A stretch of DNA of 64,000 bases from Alphaproteobacteria bacterium (GCA_965221125.1 CBDCRW010000005.1:192001-256000), one strand, 5' to 3'; counted from the stretch's first letter, positions 48,979 to 59,466 are shown. The notes: a model not told the origin generated them from the letters alone. A program made the numbers and translations.

Positions 48979-50361
48979 CTATCCGGCTTTCTGCCAGGCC
49001 GGGCCATCGGCCCGATCCTGAACCACGACGCCGAGGCCAGCGAGTTCGTCGCGGATCCGATCCGCGGTGGCGTAGTCTCGTGCCGATCGAGCGGCCCGCC
49101 GTGCCTCGACCAGTCGCCGGATCCTCGCCGTCTCTCCGTCTTCTCCGGTGGGCTGTCCGAACCAGGCTGCCGGATCCTGCTGCAACAGGCCCAGCAAGCC
49201 GCCAGCATCGCGCAAAGCCGCCTTGTACTTGGCACGATCCGCCTCGGTCGTCGCCCGGCGTGCCGCCTTCGCCATTCGGAAGAGTTCGGCGATTGCTCTC
49301 GGGAAATTCAGATCGTCCTCAAGGGCCGCCACGAACGCGTCCAACAGGCCGAGCGGACAGGCAATATCGGGAGCATCGCCGAGATCGCGGAGCACGCCGT
49401 AAAGACGGTCGAGACCATGCCGCGCCTGAGCGAGTCCGTCCGTGCTCCAGTCGAGCGGCTGGCGATAGTGCGCGCCCAGCAGCGCGAAGCGGATGGCCTC
49501 GCCCGGCGCCTCGTCGAGGAGATCGCGGACGAGAAGCACGTTGCCAAGCGACTTCGACATCTTCCGTCCCTCGACGGTGACGAAGCCGTTGTGGACCCAG
49601 TATCGGCAGTACAGCTCTCCGTCATGGGCGCAGGTGCCTTGGGCGATCTCGTTCTCGTGGTGCGGAAAGATCAGGTCTTGGCCGCCGCCATGAATGTCGA
49701 TCGACGCCCCGAGATGCCGCTCGATCATGGCCGAGCATTCGATATGCCAGCCGGGTCGCCCGCGGCCCCAGGGGCTCTCCCAGCCCGGCAGGTCCGGAGT
49801 CGAGGGCTTCCAGAGAACGAAGTCCGCCGGGTCTCGCTTGAAGGGGGCCACTTCCACCCGCGCACCGGCGATCATTTCATCGCGATTGCGGCCAGACAGA
49901 GCGCCGTAAGCCGAAAACGAGGGCACGTGGAACAGGACATGCCCCTCGACCGCATAGGCATGACCCCGCGCGATCAGCCGCTCCACCATGCCGATGATCT
50001 CGGCGATATGCTCCGTCACGCGCGGCTCAAGGTCCGGCGTCAGGACCCCGAGCGCGGCCATGTCGGCATGGTAGGCCTCGATATAGCGTTCAGTGACGAA
50101 CGAGATCGGCTGGCCGGCCTCCTTCGCGGCGGCGTTGATCTTGTCGTCGACATCCGTGAAATTGCGGGCGTAGACGACCCGCCCGAAGCGCCGCTTGAGG
50201 AGGCGATACAGAACGTCGAACACGACCGCCGGTCGGGCATTGCCGATGTGGGCGAAGTTGTAGACGGTCGGTCCGCAGACATACATCGTGACGTGATCGG
50301 GGCTCGCCGGCGCGAACGGCTCTTTCGTTCGCTTCAAGGTGTTGGTCAGGCACAGCGTCAT
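48979..50361 (-). CDS. cysS: Cysteine--tRNA ligase (likely Zur-regulated paralog)
   Basis: [31 protein letters not shown]. Confidence 0.95.
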   Translation of the reverse strand: MTLCLTNTLKRTKEPFAPASPDHVTMYVCGPTVYNFAHIGNARPAVVFDVLYRLLKRRFGRVVYARNFTDVDDKINAAAKEAGQPISFVTERYIEAYHADMAALGVLTPDLEPRVTEHIAEIIGMVERLIARGHAYAVEGHVLFHVPSFSAYGALSGRNRDEMIAGARVEVAPFKRDPADFVLWKPSTPDLPGWESPWGRGRPGWHIECSAMIERHLGASIDIHGGGQDLIFPHHENEIAQGTCAHDGELYCRYWVHNGFVTVEGRKMSKSLGNVLLVRDLLDEAPGEAIRFALLGAHYRQPLDWSTDGLAQARHGLDRLYGVLRDLGDAPDIACPLGLLDAFVAALEDDLNFPRAIAELFRMAKAARRATTEADRAKYKAALRDAGGLLGLLQQDPAAWFGQPTGEDGETARIRRLVEARRAARSARDYATADRIRDELAGLGVVVQDRADGPAWQKAG

Positions 50362-51497
50362 CTTCGCGCCTCGAACATTGCGATGTCGCTGTCGCCCGAG
50401 TCGACGGGCAGGATTTTCGGCTGCCGGACCTCGCGGGTCCCGAGCATCTTCAGCGTGTCTCGGAGCGCGGACTCGTCTATGTCGCGCGTGATGAAGACGA
50501 TCCGGGAGCGGCGGTCTTCACCCGGCCATTCCTTCAGCATGACCGCCGGGTGGAAGATGTGCTGGACGCCGTGAATGACAATCGGTCCATCGAGATCGAC
50601 CACATTGATGAGTCCCTTGGTTCGCAGAAAGTCCGCGCCCCGGAGCAGGAGCAGCGTTTCGAGCCAGAGATCGAGCGCGTCGCCATGGATCGGCTCATCG
50701 ATCGTGAGGCAGAGCGCCTTGATGTGAGCGTCATGGCGATTGACGTCGTTGTGTTGGTGGCCGTGGCCGGCCGTTCCGTGTTCATGATCGTGCGGCTCGG
50801 CGTAGGCCTCCGCCTTGAGCCAGTTCTGCACGTCGAGGCTCTTGGTCTTCGGGTCGTAAAGGCCGGCATCGAACAGCGATGCCGGATCCACGACGCCGTT
50901 TTCTGCAACGATCTGCGGAGCTGCGGGGTTCAGGCCCCTCAGACGGTCCTGCAATCTGCGCAGGACATCGAGGTCGACGAGATCGGTCTTGGTCAGCAGC
51001 AATCGGTCCGCCACCGCCGCCTGCTTGACGGACTCGACCTGGCGATCGAGCGTGTCGCCGCCATTGACCGCATCGACCGTGGCGATGACCCCGTCCAGGC
51101 GATAGCGCCGCGCGACGGCCGGTTCGGTCATCAAGGTATGAAGGATCGGGGCCGGATCCGCGAGCCCGGTGGTCTCGATGACCACCCTGTCGAACCATGG
51201 CTCGCCGCCCCGCGCAAAGCGTCCGGGGGCCTCGCGCAAGGTCTTGGCAAGGTCGCCCCGGATGGTGCAGCAGAGGCAGCCGCTCGACATCTCGATGACG
51301 ACGTCATCCTTGCCGTGCGTGACGAGGTCGTGGTCGAGGCCGATCTCGCCGAACTCGTTGATGAGCACGAGTGTCCGGCTCAGTGCAGGCTGCCGGATCA
51401 GATGGCCGAGCACGGTCGTCTTGCCGCTGCCAAGGAAGCCGGTCAGCACCGAGACCGGCAGACGTTGCGAGGGTCCATCGAGAGTCCAGCTTTCCAC
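50358..51497 (-). CDS. COG0523/CobW family GTPase (copy B)
   Basis: [24 protein letters not shown], His-rich linker, HGVQH; GTG start inferred. Confidence 0.92.
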   Translation of the reverse strand: MESWTLDGPSQRLPVSVLTGFLGSGKTTVLGHLIRQPALSRTLVLINEFGEIGLDHDLVTHGKDDVVIEMSSGCLCCTIRGDLAKTLREAPGRFARGGEPWFDRVVIETTGLADPAPILHTLMTEPAVARRYRLDGVIATVDAVNGGDTLDRQVESVKQAAVADRLLLTKTDLVDLDVLRRLQDRLRGLNPAAPQIVAENGVVDPASLFDAGLYDPKTKSLDVQNWLKAEAYAEPHDHEHGTAGHGHQHNDVNRHDAHIKALCLTIDEPIHGDALDLWLETLLLLRGADFLRTKGLINVVDLDGPIVIHGVQHIFHPAVMLKEWPGEDRRSRIVFITRDIDESALRDTLKMLGTREVRQPKILPVDSGDSDIAMFEARR

Positions 51498-51517
51498 GGC
51501 GTGCCCCTCGTTCCTGT

Positions 51518-52024
51518 TCAGGCCGCGCCGGCCGCGATGCAGCTCGCGCAGGTGCCCTCCACCTCGACCACGCGTCGCGTCACCCGGTACCCCAGGACGG
51601 CGGCATCCTCGGCAAGCAGCTGCTCGACCCGCAAATCCTCCAATTCGGCGGACGCTCCGCAGTCGCTGCAAATGAAGAACAGGCAATCATGGCCGCGCTC
51701 CGGATGCGCGCAGGGGACGTAAGCATTCCGGCTTTCGATCTTCGAGACGAGTCCCTGGGACATCAGGAACTCGAGCGCCCGGTAGACGGTGGGCGGCCCG
51801 GCCGGGCGGGAGCCCCGAACCTTGAGCGCTTCGATCAGTTCATAGGCGCCCGTCGGGCGACCGCTCTCCCAGAGCAACTCCAGTATCTGGCGCCGCAGCT
51901 CTGTAAGCTGCACCCCGCGCGCGCTGCAGAGGGACATCGCCAGCGCAACCCGTTCAGCCGGCGCATGCTGCCCGCGGCAGCTGGAATCGGTGCAGGGCCG
52001 AGGCTGGGTCGGCGGGAGCGTCAT
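51518..52024 (-). CDS. zur: Fur-family regulator, Zur type
   Basis: LT.LRRQIL, GAYEL, PPTVYRALEFL, IESRNAY, CxxC...CxxC. Confidence 0.85.
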   Translation of the reverse strand: MTLPPTQPRPCTDSSCRGQHAPAERVALAMSLCSARGVQLTELRRQILELLWESGRPTGAYELIEALKVRGSRPAGPPTVYRALEFLMSQGLVSKIESRNAYVPCAHPERGHDCLFFICSDCGASAELEDLRVEQLLAEDAAVLGYRVTRRVVEVEGTCASCIAAGAA

Positions 52025-52053
52025 CGGCTTGATCTCTATTGCGCTCTGAGTAC

Positions 52054-52071
52054 GCAACGCTATAACGTTGC
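52054..52071. promoter_or_regulatory. Zur box in the divergent zur/hisI promoter
   Basis: Near-palindrome GCAACGCTATAACGTTGC overlapping candidate -10 hexamers on both strands. Confidence 0.75.
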
Positions 52072-52175
52072 ATTGCTCGATTGCAAGCGCCCAGCCCCCT
52101 TGGAAGCCGGGCGTGGCCGCCGGAAAGGGTTTGACATGGACACAGCGGTGGTCGGAAGCCCCAGGAGCGGCTCCA

Positions 52176-52679
52176 ATGGCTCCTGACAAGTCCGTTCCGG
52201 CAACCGTCGCCGCTTTCGCCGCCCGGACGACGGTCGAGCAGGTCGAAGAAGGCCTCGCCCTGGCACCCAGGTTCGACGCCGACGGACTGATCCCCTGCGT
52301 CACCACCGACGCCAGCACGGGCGACGTGTTGATGCTGGGCTACATGAATGGCGAGGCGCTGCAGCGAACGATCGCGACCGGCGAGGCGCACTACTGGAGC
52401 CGAAGCCGCCAGTGCCTCTGGCGCAAGGGCGCGACCAGCGGCCTCGTCCAGGAGGTTGTCGAGATGCGCATCGACGACGACCAGGACGCCGTCTGGCTGC
52501 GCGTCCGGGTCGCCGGTTCAGGCGCCAGTTGTCACGTCGGATACCGTTCCTGCTTCTACCGCTCGGTTGAGCTCGGCGGCCCTTCCGGTGGACCTGCTCG
52601 GCTCGTGTTCACGGAGCAGCGGAAATCATTTGATCCGAAGGACGTCTACGGTGACGCGCCGAATCCGACGCAGCTTTGA
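52176..52679 (+). CDS. hisI: Phosphoribosyl-AMP cyclohydrolase (paralog)
   Basis: YWSRSR..LW.KG.TSG, D.DQD, SCH.G..SCF. Confidence 0.9.
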   Translation: MAPDKSVPATVAAFAARTTVEQVEEGLALAPRFDADGLIPCVTTDASTGDVLMLGYMNGEALQRTIATGEAHYWSRSRQCLWRKGATSGLVQEVVEMRIDDDQDAVWLRVRVAGSGASCHVGYRSCFYRSVELGGPSGGPARLVFTEQRKSFDPKDVYGDAPNPTQL

Positions 52680-52751
52680 GGGTCTCCAACGAGCCAGGCG
52701 GCGCCCGCACCCGGCGCACCCGGCGTCGCGATCACGCTCTGACGAATTGCC

Positions 52752-53981
52752 ATGACCCAGCCGCTGGAACGACCCGTTCTGCCCGTCACCGTACTTTCCG
52801 GCTTCCTAGGCGCCGGCAAGACCACGCTGATGAACCACATCCTCAACAACCGCGAAGGCAAGCGCGTCGCGGTCATCGTCAACGACATGAGCGAGGTCAA
52901 CATCGACGCCGATCTCATCCGTGGCGGCGGCGCAGATCTGAGCCGCACGGACGAGACTCTGGTCGAAATGACCAATGGCTGCATCTGCTGCACGCTGCGC
53001 GATGACCTTCTCAAGGAGGTACGCCGGCTCGCTCAGGATGGCCGGTTCGACTACCTTCTCATCGAATCGACCGGCATTTCCGAGCCGCTGCCCGTGGCGG
53101 CCACCTTCAATTTCCGGACGGAAGAGGGCGAGAGCCTGGAGGATGTCTCGCGCCTCGATACGATGGTGACCGTGGTCGATGCCGCAAACCTCCTGCGCGA
53201 CTACGCATCGACCGATTTCCTCAAGGACCGGGGCGAGGCGCTAGGCGAGGATGACAACCGCGCGCTGGTCAATCTGCTCGTCGATCAGATCGAATTCGCC
53301 GACGTCATCATTCTGAACAAGATCGATGCGGCAAAGCCCGAACAGCTCGATGCCGCGCGCAAGATCATCCGGTCGCTCAACAGCGATGCGGAACTCATCG
53401 AGACCAGCATGTCCCGCGTGTCGCTGGACAAGGTGCTGAACACCGGCCGGTTCGACCGTGACAAGGCGCAGGAACACCCGCTTTGGTTCAAGGAGCTGTA
53501 CGGCTTCGCCGAGCACAAGCCGGAGACCGAGGAATACGGGGTGCGCAGCTTCGTGTATCAGGCGCGCCGTCCCTTTCATCCCGAGAAATTCCACGCCTTC
53601 ATCAACTCGTCGTGGCCGGGAGTCATTCGTGCCAAGGGGCGCTTCTGGCTGGCCAACCGTCCTGAATGGGTCGGCGAGTTGAGCCAGGCCGGCGCGCTTG
53701 TCCGCCACGGGGCCGTGGGCTTCTGGTGGGCGAGCGCCCCCAAGGAACATTGGCCCGATCACCCGGAATGGCGTCGGAACATCGCCAAGTCCTGGGATCC
53801 CGTCTACGGAGACCGCCACCAGGAAATCGTCTTCATCGGCACTGACATGGACGAGGCCGCGATCCGACGCTGGCTCGACGACTGCCTTGTCGGCGATACC
53901 AGTGCCAAAGCCATGCAGCCTGCCGCCTGGAAAAAGCTCAAGGATCCGTTCCCGGCCTGGAAGCGGGCCGAGCCGTCATGA
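52752..53981 (+). CDS. Zinc metallochaperone GTPase, YciC/ZigA subfamily (COG0523 copy C)
   Basis: [52 protein letters not shown]. Confidence 0.93.
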   Translation: MTQPLERPVLPVTVLSGFLGAGKTTLMNHILNNREGKRVAVIVNDMSEVNIDADLIRGGGADLSRTDETLVEMTNGCICCTLRDDLLKEVRRLAQDGRFDYLLIESTGISEPLPVAATFNFRTEEGESLEDVSRLDTMVTVVDAANLLRDYASTDFLKDRGEALGEDDNRALVNLLVDQIEFADVIILNKIDAAKPEQLDAARKIIRSLNSDAELIETSMSRVSLDKVLNTGRFDRDKAQEHPLWFKELYGFAEHKPETEEYGVRSFVYQARRPFHPEKFHAFINSSWPGVIRAKGRFWLANRPEWVGELSQAGALVRHGAVGFWWASAPKEHWPDHPEWRRNIAKSWDPVYGDRHQEIVFIGTDMDEAAIRRWLDDCLVGDTSAKAMQPAAWKKLKDPFPAWKRAEPS

Positions 53982-54670
53982 CCGTTCCGTCGGTATCCCT
54001 GGACGGCGAGTCCGTGAGGACCTCCGCCACGTTGGGCGTGGGCATCGCGACGTGCGACGCGGCGGAAGGCCTCGCCGCCATCGACGAGCCCAACATGGAG
54101 CTCGTGATCTGGCGGCGCGCGCTTCCCTTGTGTCTGCAGACCTGGCTCGACCGAATGGATGCGTCGTGTCTTCCTGACTTGCGGGTTCTTGTCCGGCCCT
54201 GCGACCTTCGACGGGCGGTGGAACCGCATCTGGACGAATCCGGCATGCCTGCCGGAGACATGCGCGACCTGCTGGTCGGGGACGTCGACGATCTCGTCTC
54301 GGCCTTTGCCGGCATCGCCCGAAGCGATCTCGTCGATGTAAGGCTGGAGCGCGTCAGCCACGATTCCTGCTGGAAGTTCCACCGCGACTTCGTGGAGGCG
54401 CGCCTCCTGACGACGTACCGCGGTCCCGCCACCGAGTGGGTCCAACCGATCCATGCCGAGCGGGCATTGCGCGCACAGAAGCGGTTCGAGGGACCGTTGG
54501 AGCACATCCGTGGCAACGACGTGGCGTTTTTCAAGGGAAACTGCGGCGGACCAGGCAGCGGAATCGTGCACCGCTCGCCGCCCATCGCGGGCACCGGCTG
54601 CACGCGACTGCTGCTCTCCCTCAACAAGCCGTCGGACGCATCTCCGGAGCCGTGGCCGGGAGGCGTCTAG
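53978..54670 (+). CDS. DUF1826 family protein
   Basis: C.KFH.D.V..RL..TY.G..TEW, VHRSP, RLLL. Confidence 0.85.
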   Translation: MTVPSVSLDGESVRTSATLGVGIATCDAAEGLAAIDEPNMELVIWRRALPLCLQTWLDRMDASCLPDLRVLVRPCDLRRAVEPHLDESGMPAGDMRDLLVGDVDDLVSAFAGIARSDLVDVRLERVSHDSCWKFHRDFVEARLLTTYRGPATEWVQPIHAERALRAQKRFEGPLEHIRGNDVAFFKGNCGGPGSGIVHRSPPIAGTGCTRLLLSLNKPSDASPEPWPGGV

Positions 54671-54687
54671 CACGAGACGCCGCTGTC

Positions 54688-55143
54688 ATGAATATCGAGC
54701 GACCGACCATTTCGGTATGCACGCGCTGTCGACCGCAGGGCTGGCAAGACACTGCAAACCGCGAGCGCCCTGGCGCGGCGCTGGCGAGCGCTTTGCAACG
54801 GTCCCTGTCCGATGCGGTTTTGCCGCCACCTATAAATCTGCGCCGCGTGCGCTGCATGAGCCAGTGTTTGCGCCCCTGCGTTATTGCGTTCTCGCATCGC
54901 GACCGATTCACATACCTGTTCGGCGACCTGGATCCGGCACGCCACGTCGACGATATTCTCGCGGCGGTCCGGATGTGGCTGTCGCGAAGCGATGGGTTCG
55001 TGGAGCGCAACAGGCGGCCCCCGAGCATGCGAAGCGGCATCCTGGCGCGTATTCCGCCGCTCGATTGCACCCACGAAATGATAGAGGGCCAGACTCCCTA
55101 CTTCGGCTCTTGCCAACCCCACCAACTTACCCCGTCACCTTAG
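54688..55143 (+). CDS. DUF1636 family thioredoxin-like metal-binding protein
   Basis: VCTRC, V.CMSQC.RPC.IAF, TYLFGDL, ILARIPP. Confidence 0.8.
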   Translation: MNIERPTISVCTRCRPQGWQDTANRERPGAALASALQRSLSDAVLPPPINLRRVRCMSQCLRPCVIAFSHRDRFTYLFGDLDPARHVDDILAAVRMWLSRSDGFVERNRRPPSMRSGILARIPPLDCTHEMIEGQTPYFGSCQPHQLTPSP

Positions 55144-55333
55144 CAATACGGCTCGCAATCCGATTGGCCGCCGCCTTGACCGGGTCGCTGGCCAGATGCG
55201 CATAGCGGGCGGTGGTCTGCACCCTGGTGTGGCCCAGCAGCTTCCCGATCATCGGCAAGCCCTCGCCAACCAATAGCCCGCCGTTGGCGAAGCTGTGACG
55301 CAGATCGTGGATGCGGAGATTGCGACGCTGCAT
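55127..55333 (-). pseudogene. Tyrosine integrase C-terminal fragment
   Basis: RIHDLRHSFA...LLGH.....T.RYAH; N-terminal part absent. Confidence 0.85.
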
Positions 55334-55596
55334 GTCGGCCGGAGAGCGCCGCGCTGACCATGACCTTGGTGAGAAATACGGGCTGGCCCGGATTCACCAC
55401 CAAGGCCACGGTGAGAGATGCGGGCGGGGGACCCGGACCATGGTGCGGTGCACGGGGCAGGCGGGTGGGGGCAGGCTCTGCGGATGCAGCGCGCACACCA
55501 TCGCCTCTCCATGACAGCAGACCAACGCTCTTCTGCGACATCAGACCATCGCCCTGCCGGGAGAGGCGGGCCGGAGCGGGCGGGGCGAGCCGGCTG

Positions 55597-56205
55597 ATGG
55601 CCGGGCGCTCGTCCCTCGAGCTCTTGCCGCCGCCGGTTCTGGCGGGGGTGCACGAGGCGATCGTCGAGGGCGCCACCATCGACGAGATCGTCCGGCGCAT
55701 CCGCGCGGATGGCGGGAGCTGCTCGCGCTCGGCCGTCGTCCGCTACGTCAAGGGGGAGCGCGAGAGGCTGCGGGCCTGGCGGGAGGAACATGCGCGCGGC
55801 GCTCTCTGGCTCGCGTCGCTCGGCGTACAGCCCGAGGGCGGCACCGGGCCGCGCGCGCTCGAGGCGGTGAGGGCTCTCGCCATGCGGGCCGCCGGCGCCC
55901 TCGGCAGCGAGGAGGAACCGCCGCCGGTCGATCTGATCGCCACGCTCGCGCTGGCCCTGCAGCGCATCGAGTCCGCCGACAAGAGCGGTGCGGAACGCGA
56001 GAGCGCGGCTGGCCGCAGCGCCGGCGCGCCCCCAGGATGGCCCAGGTCTGCGGAAGAGCAGAAGAAGGGGCTCTCCCCCGACGCCGTCGCCCACATCCGC
56101 GCCGCCGTGGAGGGCCACTGGGGCATCCACGATCCGGTCGCGGGCGAAGAAGCCGTCGCCGAGGCCTATTGGCAATTGAAGGCCCGGGATGCGGAGGGCG
56201 AATGA
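55597..56205 (+). CDS. DUF3486 / Mu-like phage gp27-related protein
   Basis: M.GRSS...LP......TIDEI.......SRSAV.RY and C-terminal GLS......IR. Confidence 0.65.
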   Translation: MAGRSSLELLPPPVLAGVHEAIVEGATIDEIVRRIRADGGSCSRSAVVRYVKGERERLRAWREEHARGALWLASLGVQPEGGTGPRALEAVRALAMRAAGALGSEEEPPPVDLIATLALALQRIESADKSGAERESAAGRSAGAPPGWPRSAEEQKKGLSPDAVAHIRAAVEGHWGIHDPVAGEEAVAEAYWQLKARDAEGE

Positions 56206-56250
56206 GGCCGGCGGCACGCGCGGCCGGGTGGCGGCCCTGGGCGGGCCGGC

Positions 56251-56343
56251 TTGGGCCACCATGAGCCGCCTTGGGTCACTTTGGGCCACTTTGGGCCGCT
56301 CGTTTGGACCATCTTGGGCCACTTTGGACCACTTTGGGCCGGA
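56251..56343 (+). repeat. Degenerate 10-bp tandem repeat (TTGGGCCACT)n, about 9 units
   Basis: Units at 56251, 56261, 56271, 56281, 56291, 56304, 56314, 56324, 56334. Confidence 0.85.
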
Positions 56344-56362
56344 ATAGACCGGAATGCCGCTT

Positions 56363-56566
56363 TAGAGCGCGTCCGACTTTGACGGACGCGCTCCAGGCCG
56401 CGATAGCGGCCCGTCGCGAACGCGGCGCGCCCGCATCGTGCGCTCCGCGCGCGTCCCGCGCGACGGCGCCGGCCGTCGCGCCGGTAGGCGCGCGGAATCG
56501 CACGACGGCCGGCTGCCGTGAGCGAGAAATGCTTAAACCTTTCCGTGCAAAACGGAAACGCTCTAG
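56363..56566. repeat. Dispersed MITE-like intergenic repeat, copy 2 (TAGAGCG...CGCTCTAG)
   Basis: Terminal inverted repeat TAGAGCG/CGCTCTA; inverted homolog of 6838-7013. Confidence 0.8.
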
Positions 56567-56652
56567 CATTCGCGCCGGACCGCCCGGCGGGGGCCGGCCG
56601 CAGCGGGTGGCGGGGACGAGCGGCACGATCGACACCGGCTGAGGAGAGCGGC

Positions 56653-57429
56653 ATGGCGCGCGCAAAAATTCTGCTGGCAGGCGAATCCTGGGTGACGACG
56701 GCGACGCACGTCAAAGGCTTCGACCAGTTCCCCACGGTCACCTTCCATCGCGGCGCGGACGCGCTGGCCGAGACGCTGGCGGACAGCGACTTCGCGCTCA
56801 CCTACATGCCGGCGCACGAGGCGCAGACGCATTTTCCGTCCACGCTCGACGGGCTGCGGGACTACGCCGCCGTCATCCTCAGCGACATCGGCGCCAACAC
56901 CCTGCTGCTGCATCCCGATACGTGGATCGACAGCGAGCCCACGCCGAACCGGCTCAAGCTCATCCGCGACTACGTGGGCGCGGGCGGCGGCCTGATGATG
57001 GTGGGCGGCTACTACAGCTTTCAGGGCATCAACGCGGGTGCGCGATACCGGGGAACGCCGGTGGAAGACGTGCTGCCCGTGACGATCCTCCCCTGGGACG
57101 ACCGCGTCGAGGTGCCGGAAGGGTTTCGCGCTGAGATGCGGGGGCCCGCCGCGCACCCGATCCTGGCCGGCCTCGGCACGGAATGGCCGCTGCTGCTGGG
57201 CTACAACGAGGTCGCGCTGAAGGAGGGGGCGGAGCTTCTGCTCAAGGTGCCGGACGACGCGGGCGGCCATCCCCTGCTGGCGACGGGAGACTACGGCAAG
57301 GGCCGCGCGATCGCCTGGACCTCGGACATCGGCCCGCACTGGTGCCCGCCCGATTTCGTCGCGTGGGCGGGCTACGGCCGCCTCTGGCGCCAGTGCCTCG
57401 CGTGGCTGACGCAGGCTTCGGGAGAGTGA
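56653..57429 (+). CDS. Glutamine amidotransferase-like protein (DUF1355 type)
   Basis: LLAGESW, ILSDIGANT, GGYYSFQG, DDRVEVPEG, WTSDIGPHW. Confidence 0.85.
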   Translation: MARAKILLAGESWVTTATHVKGFDQFPTVTFHRGADALAETLADSDFALTYMPAHEAQTHFPSTLDGLRDYAAVILSDIGANTLLLHPDTWIDSEPTPNRLKLIRDYVGAGGGLMMVGGYYSFQGINAGARYRGTPVEDVLPVTILPWDDRVEVPEGFRAEMRGPAAHPILAGLGTEWPLLLGYNEVALKEGAELLLKVPDDAGGHPLLATGDYGKGRAIAWTSDIGPHWCPPDFVAWAGYGRLWRQCLAWLTQASGE

Positions 57430-57497
57430 GGCGGGCCTTCTTCCCATACGCCGCAGGAACGATTTCCGACCTTACGAGATCACTGCGGCCAGAACAC

Positions 57498-57613
57498 TCC
57501 CACCTCCCCCTGTCCCCCTCCTCCCATTGGGAGGAGGGGGGACGCTGACGCCGATGGCGGAGAGTCTCCCTCTCCTCCCCGCCGGGGAGGAGAGGGCCGG
57601 GGTGAGGTGGGGG
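57498..57613. repeat. REP/RIME-like palindromic intergenic repeat, copy 2
   Basis: Inverted homolog of 23775-23902, again between convergent genes. Confidence 0.8.
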
Positions 57614-57691
57614 ATTCTTTTCGGACCGCGCAGCACTTGAAGGCGCGACCCTGCGGCAAGCGCGAACGATTCCATCCGATCGGATAGTGCG

Positions 57692-58416
57692 CTAGCGGGT
57701 GAAGCGCGATTCGGTGTCCGCGGTGCCGAACCTGCGGCTGTCCTCGTCGCTCCAGCGCGCGCCGCTCGCCTGGGTCGCGAACTTCTCGACCATGTACGCG
57801 CCGGCCGTGATCGGCGGATATTTCGCCGGCCGCTCCGCGCTCTGGCAGGTCGGCAGGCACTCGATCACCGCGTCGTGACGGGGCTCGACGAAATAGCAGA
57901 GCGACAGGCGCGGCCCGGCGGCGCGCGGCGGATTGACCACGCGATGCCGCGTGGAACGCCAGCGGTCGTTGGTCCACCGCATCATCTGGTCGCCGATATT
58001 GACCACGAACGATCCGGCGACGGCCTGCACGTCCACCCAGGCGCCGTCGGGGCTCCGCGCCTGCAGGCCCCCCGGCTTGTCCTCGATCAGGCAGATCGTG
58101 AGGTTGTCGTAGTCCGAGTGCTCGCCGGCGCGGAGCTGCCCCTCGTCCGGCGCCGTCCGCTGCTCCGGATAATTCAGCACACGCAGAATGCTGAATCCGT
58201 TCTCGAGCCGCGCGTCGAAATGATCCTCCGGCAGGTCGAACGCCAGCGCCGCGATCCTGTGCAGGTGCCGGCCCAGCCGGTCCAGCGCCCGGATGTAGGC
58301 CTCGATCGCCGGCCGGAACGCCGCCGGACGCCGCGGCCACAGGTTGGGCGCGTAGTGGGGCGCCGCCGCCGCCGTGCGGAAGGAGGGATCGTCCGGCACG
58401 TCGAGCGGCCCGATGG
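57692..58416 (-). pseudogene. IPNS-family 2OG-Fe(II) oxygenase, C-terminal part (interrupted by transposon)
   Basis: HSD, STRHRV, RLSLCYF; joins in frame with 63038-63370. Confidence 0.9.
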
Positions 58417-58562
58417 TGTTGTTTTCCGGTCTAGCCGGATAGAAGCACGGGTTTTTTTCTCACTTTGATTGGTTGGTGGATTTCCCGGGATGGTGGCCGA
58501 GTGCGGGAAGGACGCTGCCTGCGGCATTTTTTTGATCCTCAGCAGAATCCTCATTGCTGTTG

Positions 58563-58696
58563 AAGCTGTGGAGCGGTGGGCGCGAGATCGGCGAGTGTGG
58601 TCAGGCGGTGGGCAAGCGCCAGCTTGTCCACGGGCTGTCCACACGGTCCGCAGGACGCCGATCGGTCCGCAGGACGCGTCCACGGCTCCACAGCTT
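58563..58696 (+). ncRNA. Putative structured RNA/leader in the transposon left end
   Basis: AAGCTGTGGAGC/GCTCCACAGCTT closing stem; inner hairpin GTGGGCAAGC-GCCA-GCTTGTCCAC; G.U pairs on + strand. Confidence 0.45.
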
Positions 58697-58785
58697 GGCG
58701 GCGGCGGGGAGCGTCCGTAATCTTGGCCTCTCACTGAACGACAAAGAGAGGCCCGGGGGACGGAACTCCCGCCGGGCCAGGGCCG

Positions 58786-59421
58786 GTGCAGCTTCGCTAC
58801 GAAACGGGGCTCACCAGCGAGGAATACGTTAAGACCGAGGCGTGGCGCGACGCAAGGCTTGAGCGCTGCCCGAATCACCCGCACGGCGGATGTTCTGTGG
58901 CAAGCCACGGCACCTACGAGCGGAAGACCCCGCCCGGCGCAAGGGTTCCTCGCTGGTATTGCCGTGAGAGCCATACGACCATCGGCCTGCTGGCCGACTG
59001 TCTGGCGGCGCGGCTGCCGGGCACGCTCGATGCGCTGGAAGCGGTTGTTGTCGTGGCGGAGGAGGCCGGCAGCCTGGAGGAGGCAGCGGACGAGGTGCGC
59101 TGCCCCGAGGACGAGGACGCCATCGAGCTTCCCGGCGCCGTGCGTTGGATCCGCCGCAGGCTGAAGCTTGTGCACGACGCGCTTGTGCGCGTCATCGGCC
59201 TGATCCCCGACCTGCTCGCGGGCTGCGCGCCCACCATGAGCGCGGTGCGCGAGCGTCTGAAGAGCGACAGCGCGTTGATGGAACTGCGCGGCCTGGTCGC
59301 CGGGCAGCTCCGGACGCTACCCGCGCCTCTGGGCTTCCAACCCCACGGCATCGACGTGGGGAATCGCAAACCGCAGTTCCAACAACGGGCGGGGCCGGAC
59401 CCGCCGCCGGAGAGTTCGTAG
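58786..59421 (+). CDS. Transposon accessory protein, Cys/His-rich (DUF6431-like Zn ribbon + helical domain)
   Basis: CPNH....C...HGTY.R......RWYC...H.T..LL.DCLA. Confidence 0.7.
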   Translation: MQLRYETGLTSEEYVKTEAWRDARLERCPNHPHGGCSVASHGTYERKTPPGARVPRWYCRESHTTIGLLADCLAARLPGTLDALEAVVVVAEEAGSLEEAADEVRCPEDEDAIELPGAVRWIRRRLKLVHDALVRVIGLIPDLLAGCAPTMSAVRERLKSDSALMELRGLVAGQLRTLPAPLGFQPHGIDVGNRKPQFQQRAGPDPPPESS

Positions 59422-59466
59422 CGTGACGATCCCGGGGCCAGGGAGTCCCTGAACGAGGATCGCACC

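Larger units (their letters stand above)
43522..55446. mobile_element. Putative degenerate genomic island carrying a Zur/zinc-starvation regulon
   Basis: Visibly less GC-biased codon usage than the flanks, tyrosine-integrase fragment at the right end, ACCATGGTGC at both 43522 and 55437. Confidence 0.55.

Noticed and set aside
55127-56205. Intact prophage or active integrative element
   Set aside because: Only an integrase C-terminal fragment and one Mu-like gene; no structural or replication genes
56251-56343. CRISPR array
   Set aside because: Units are 10 bp and contiguous, with no unique spacers and no cas genes
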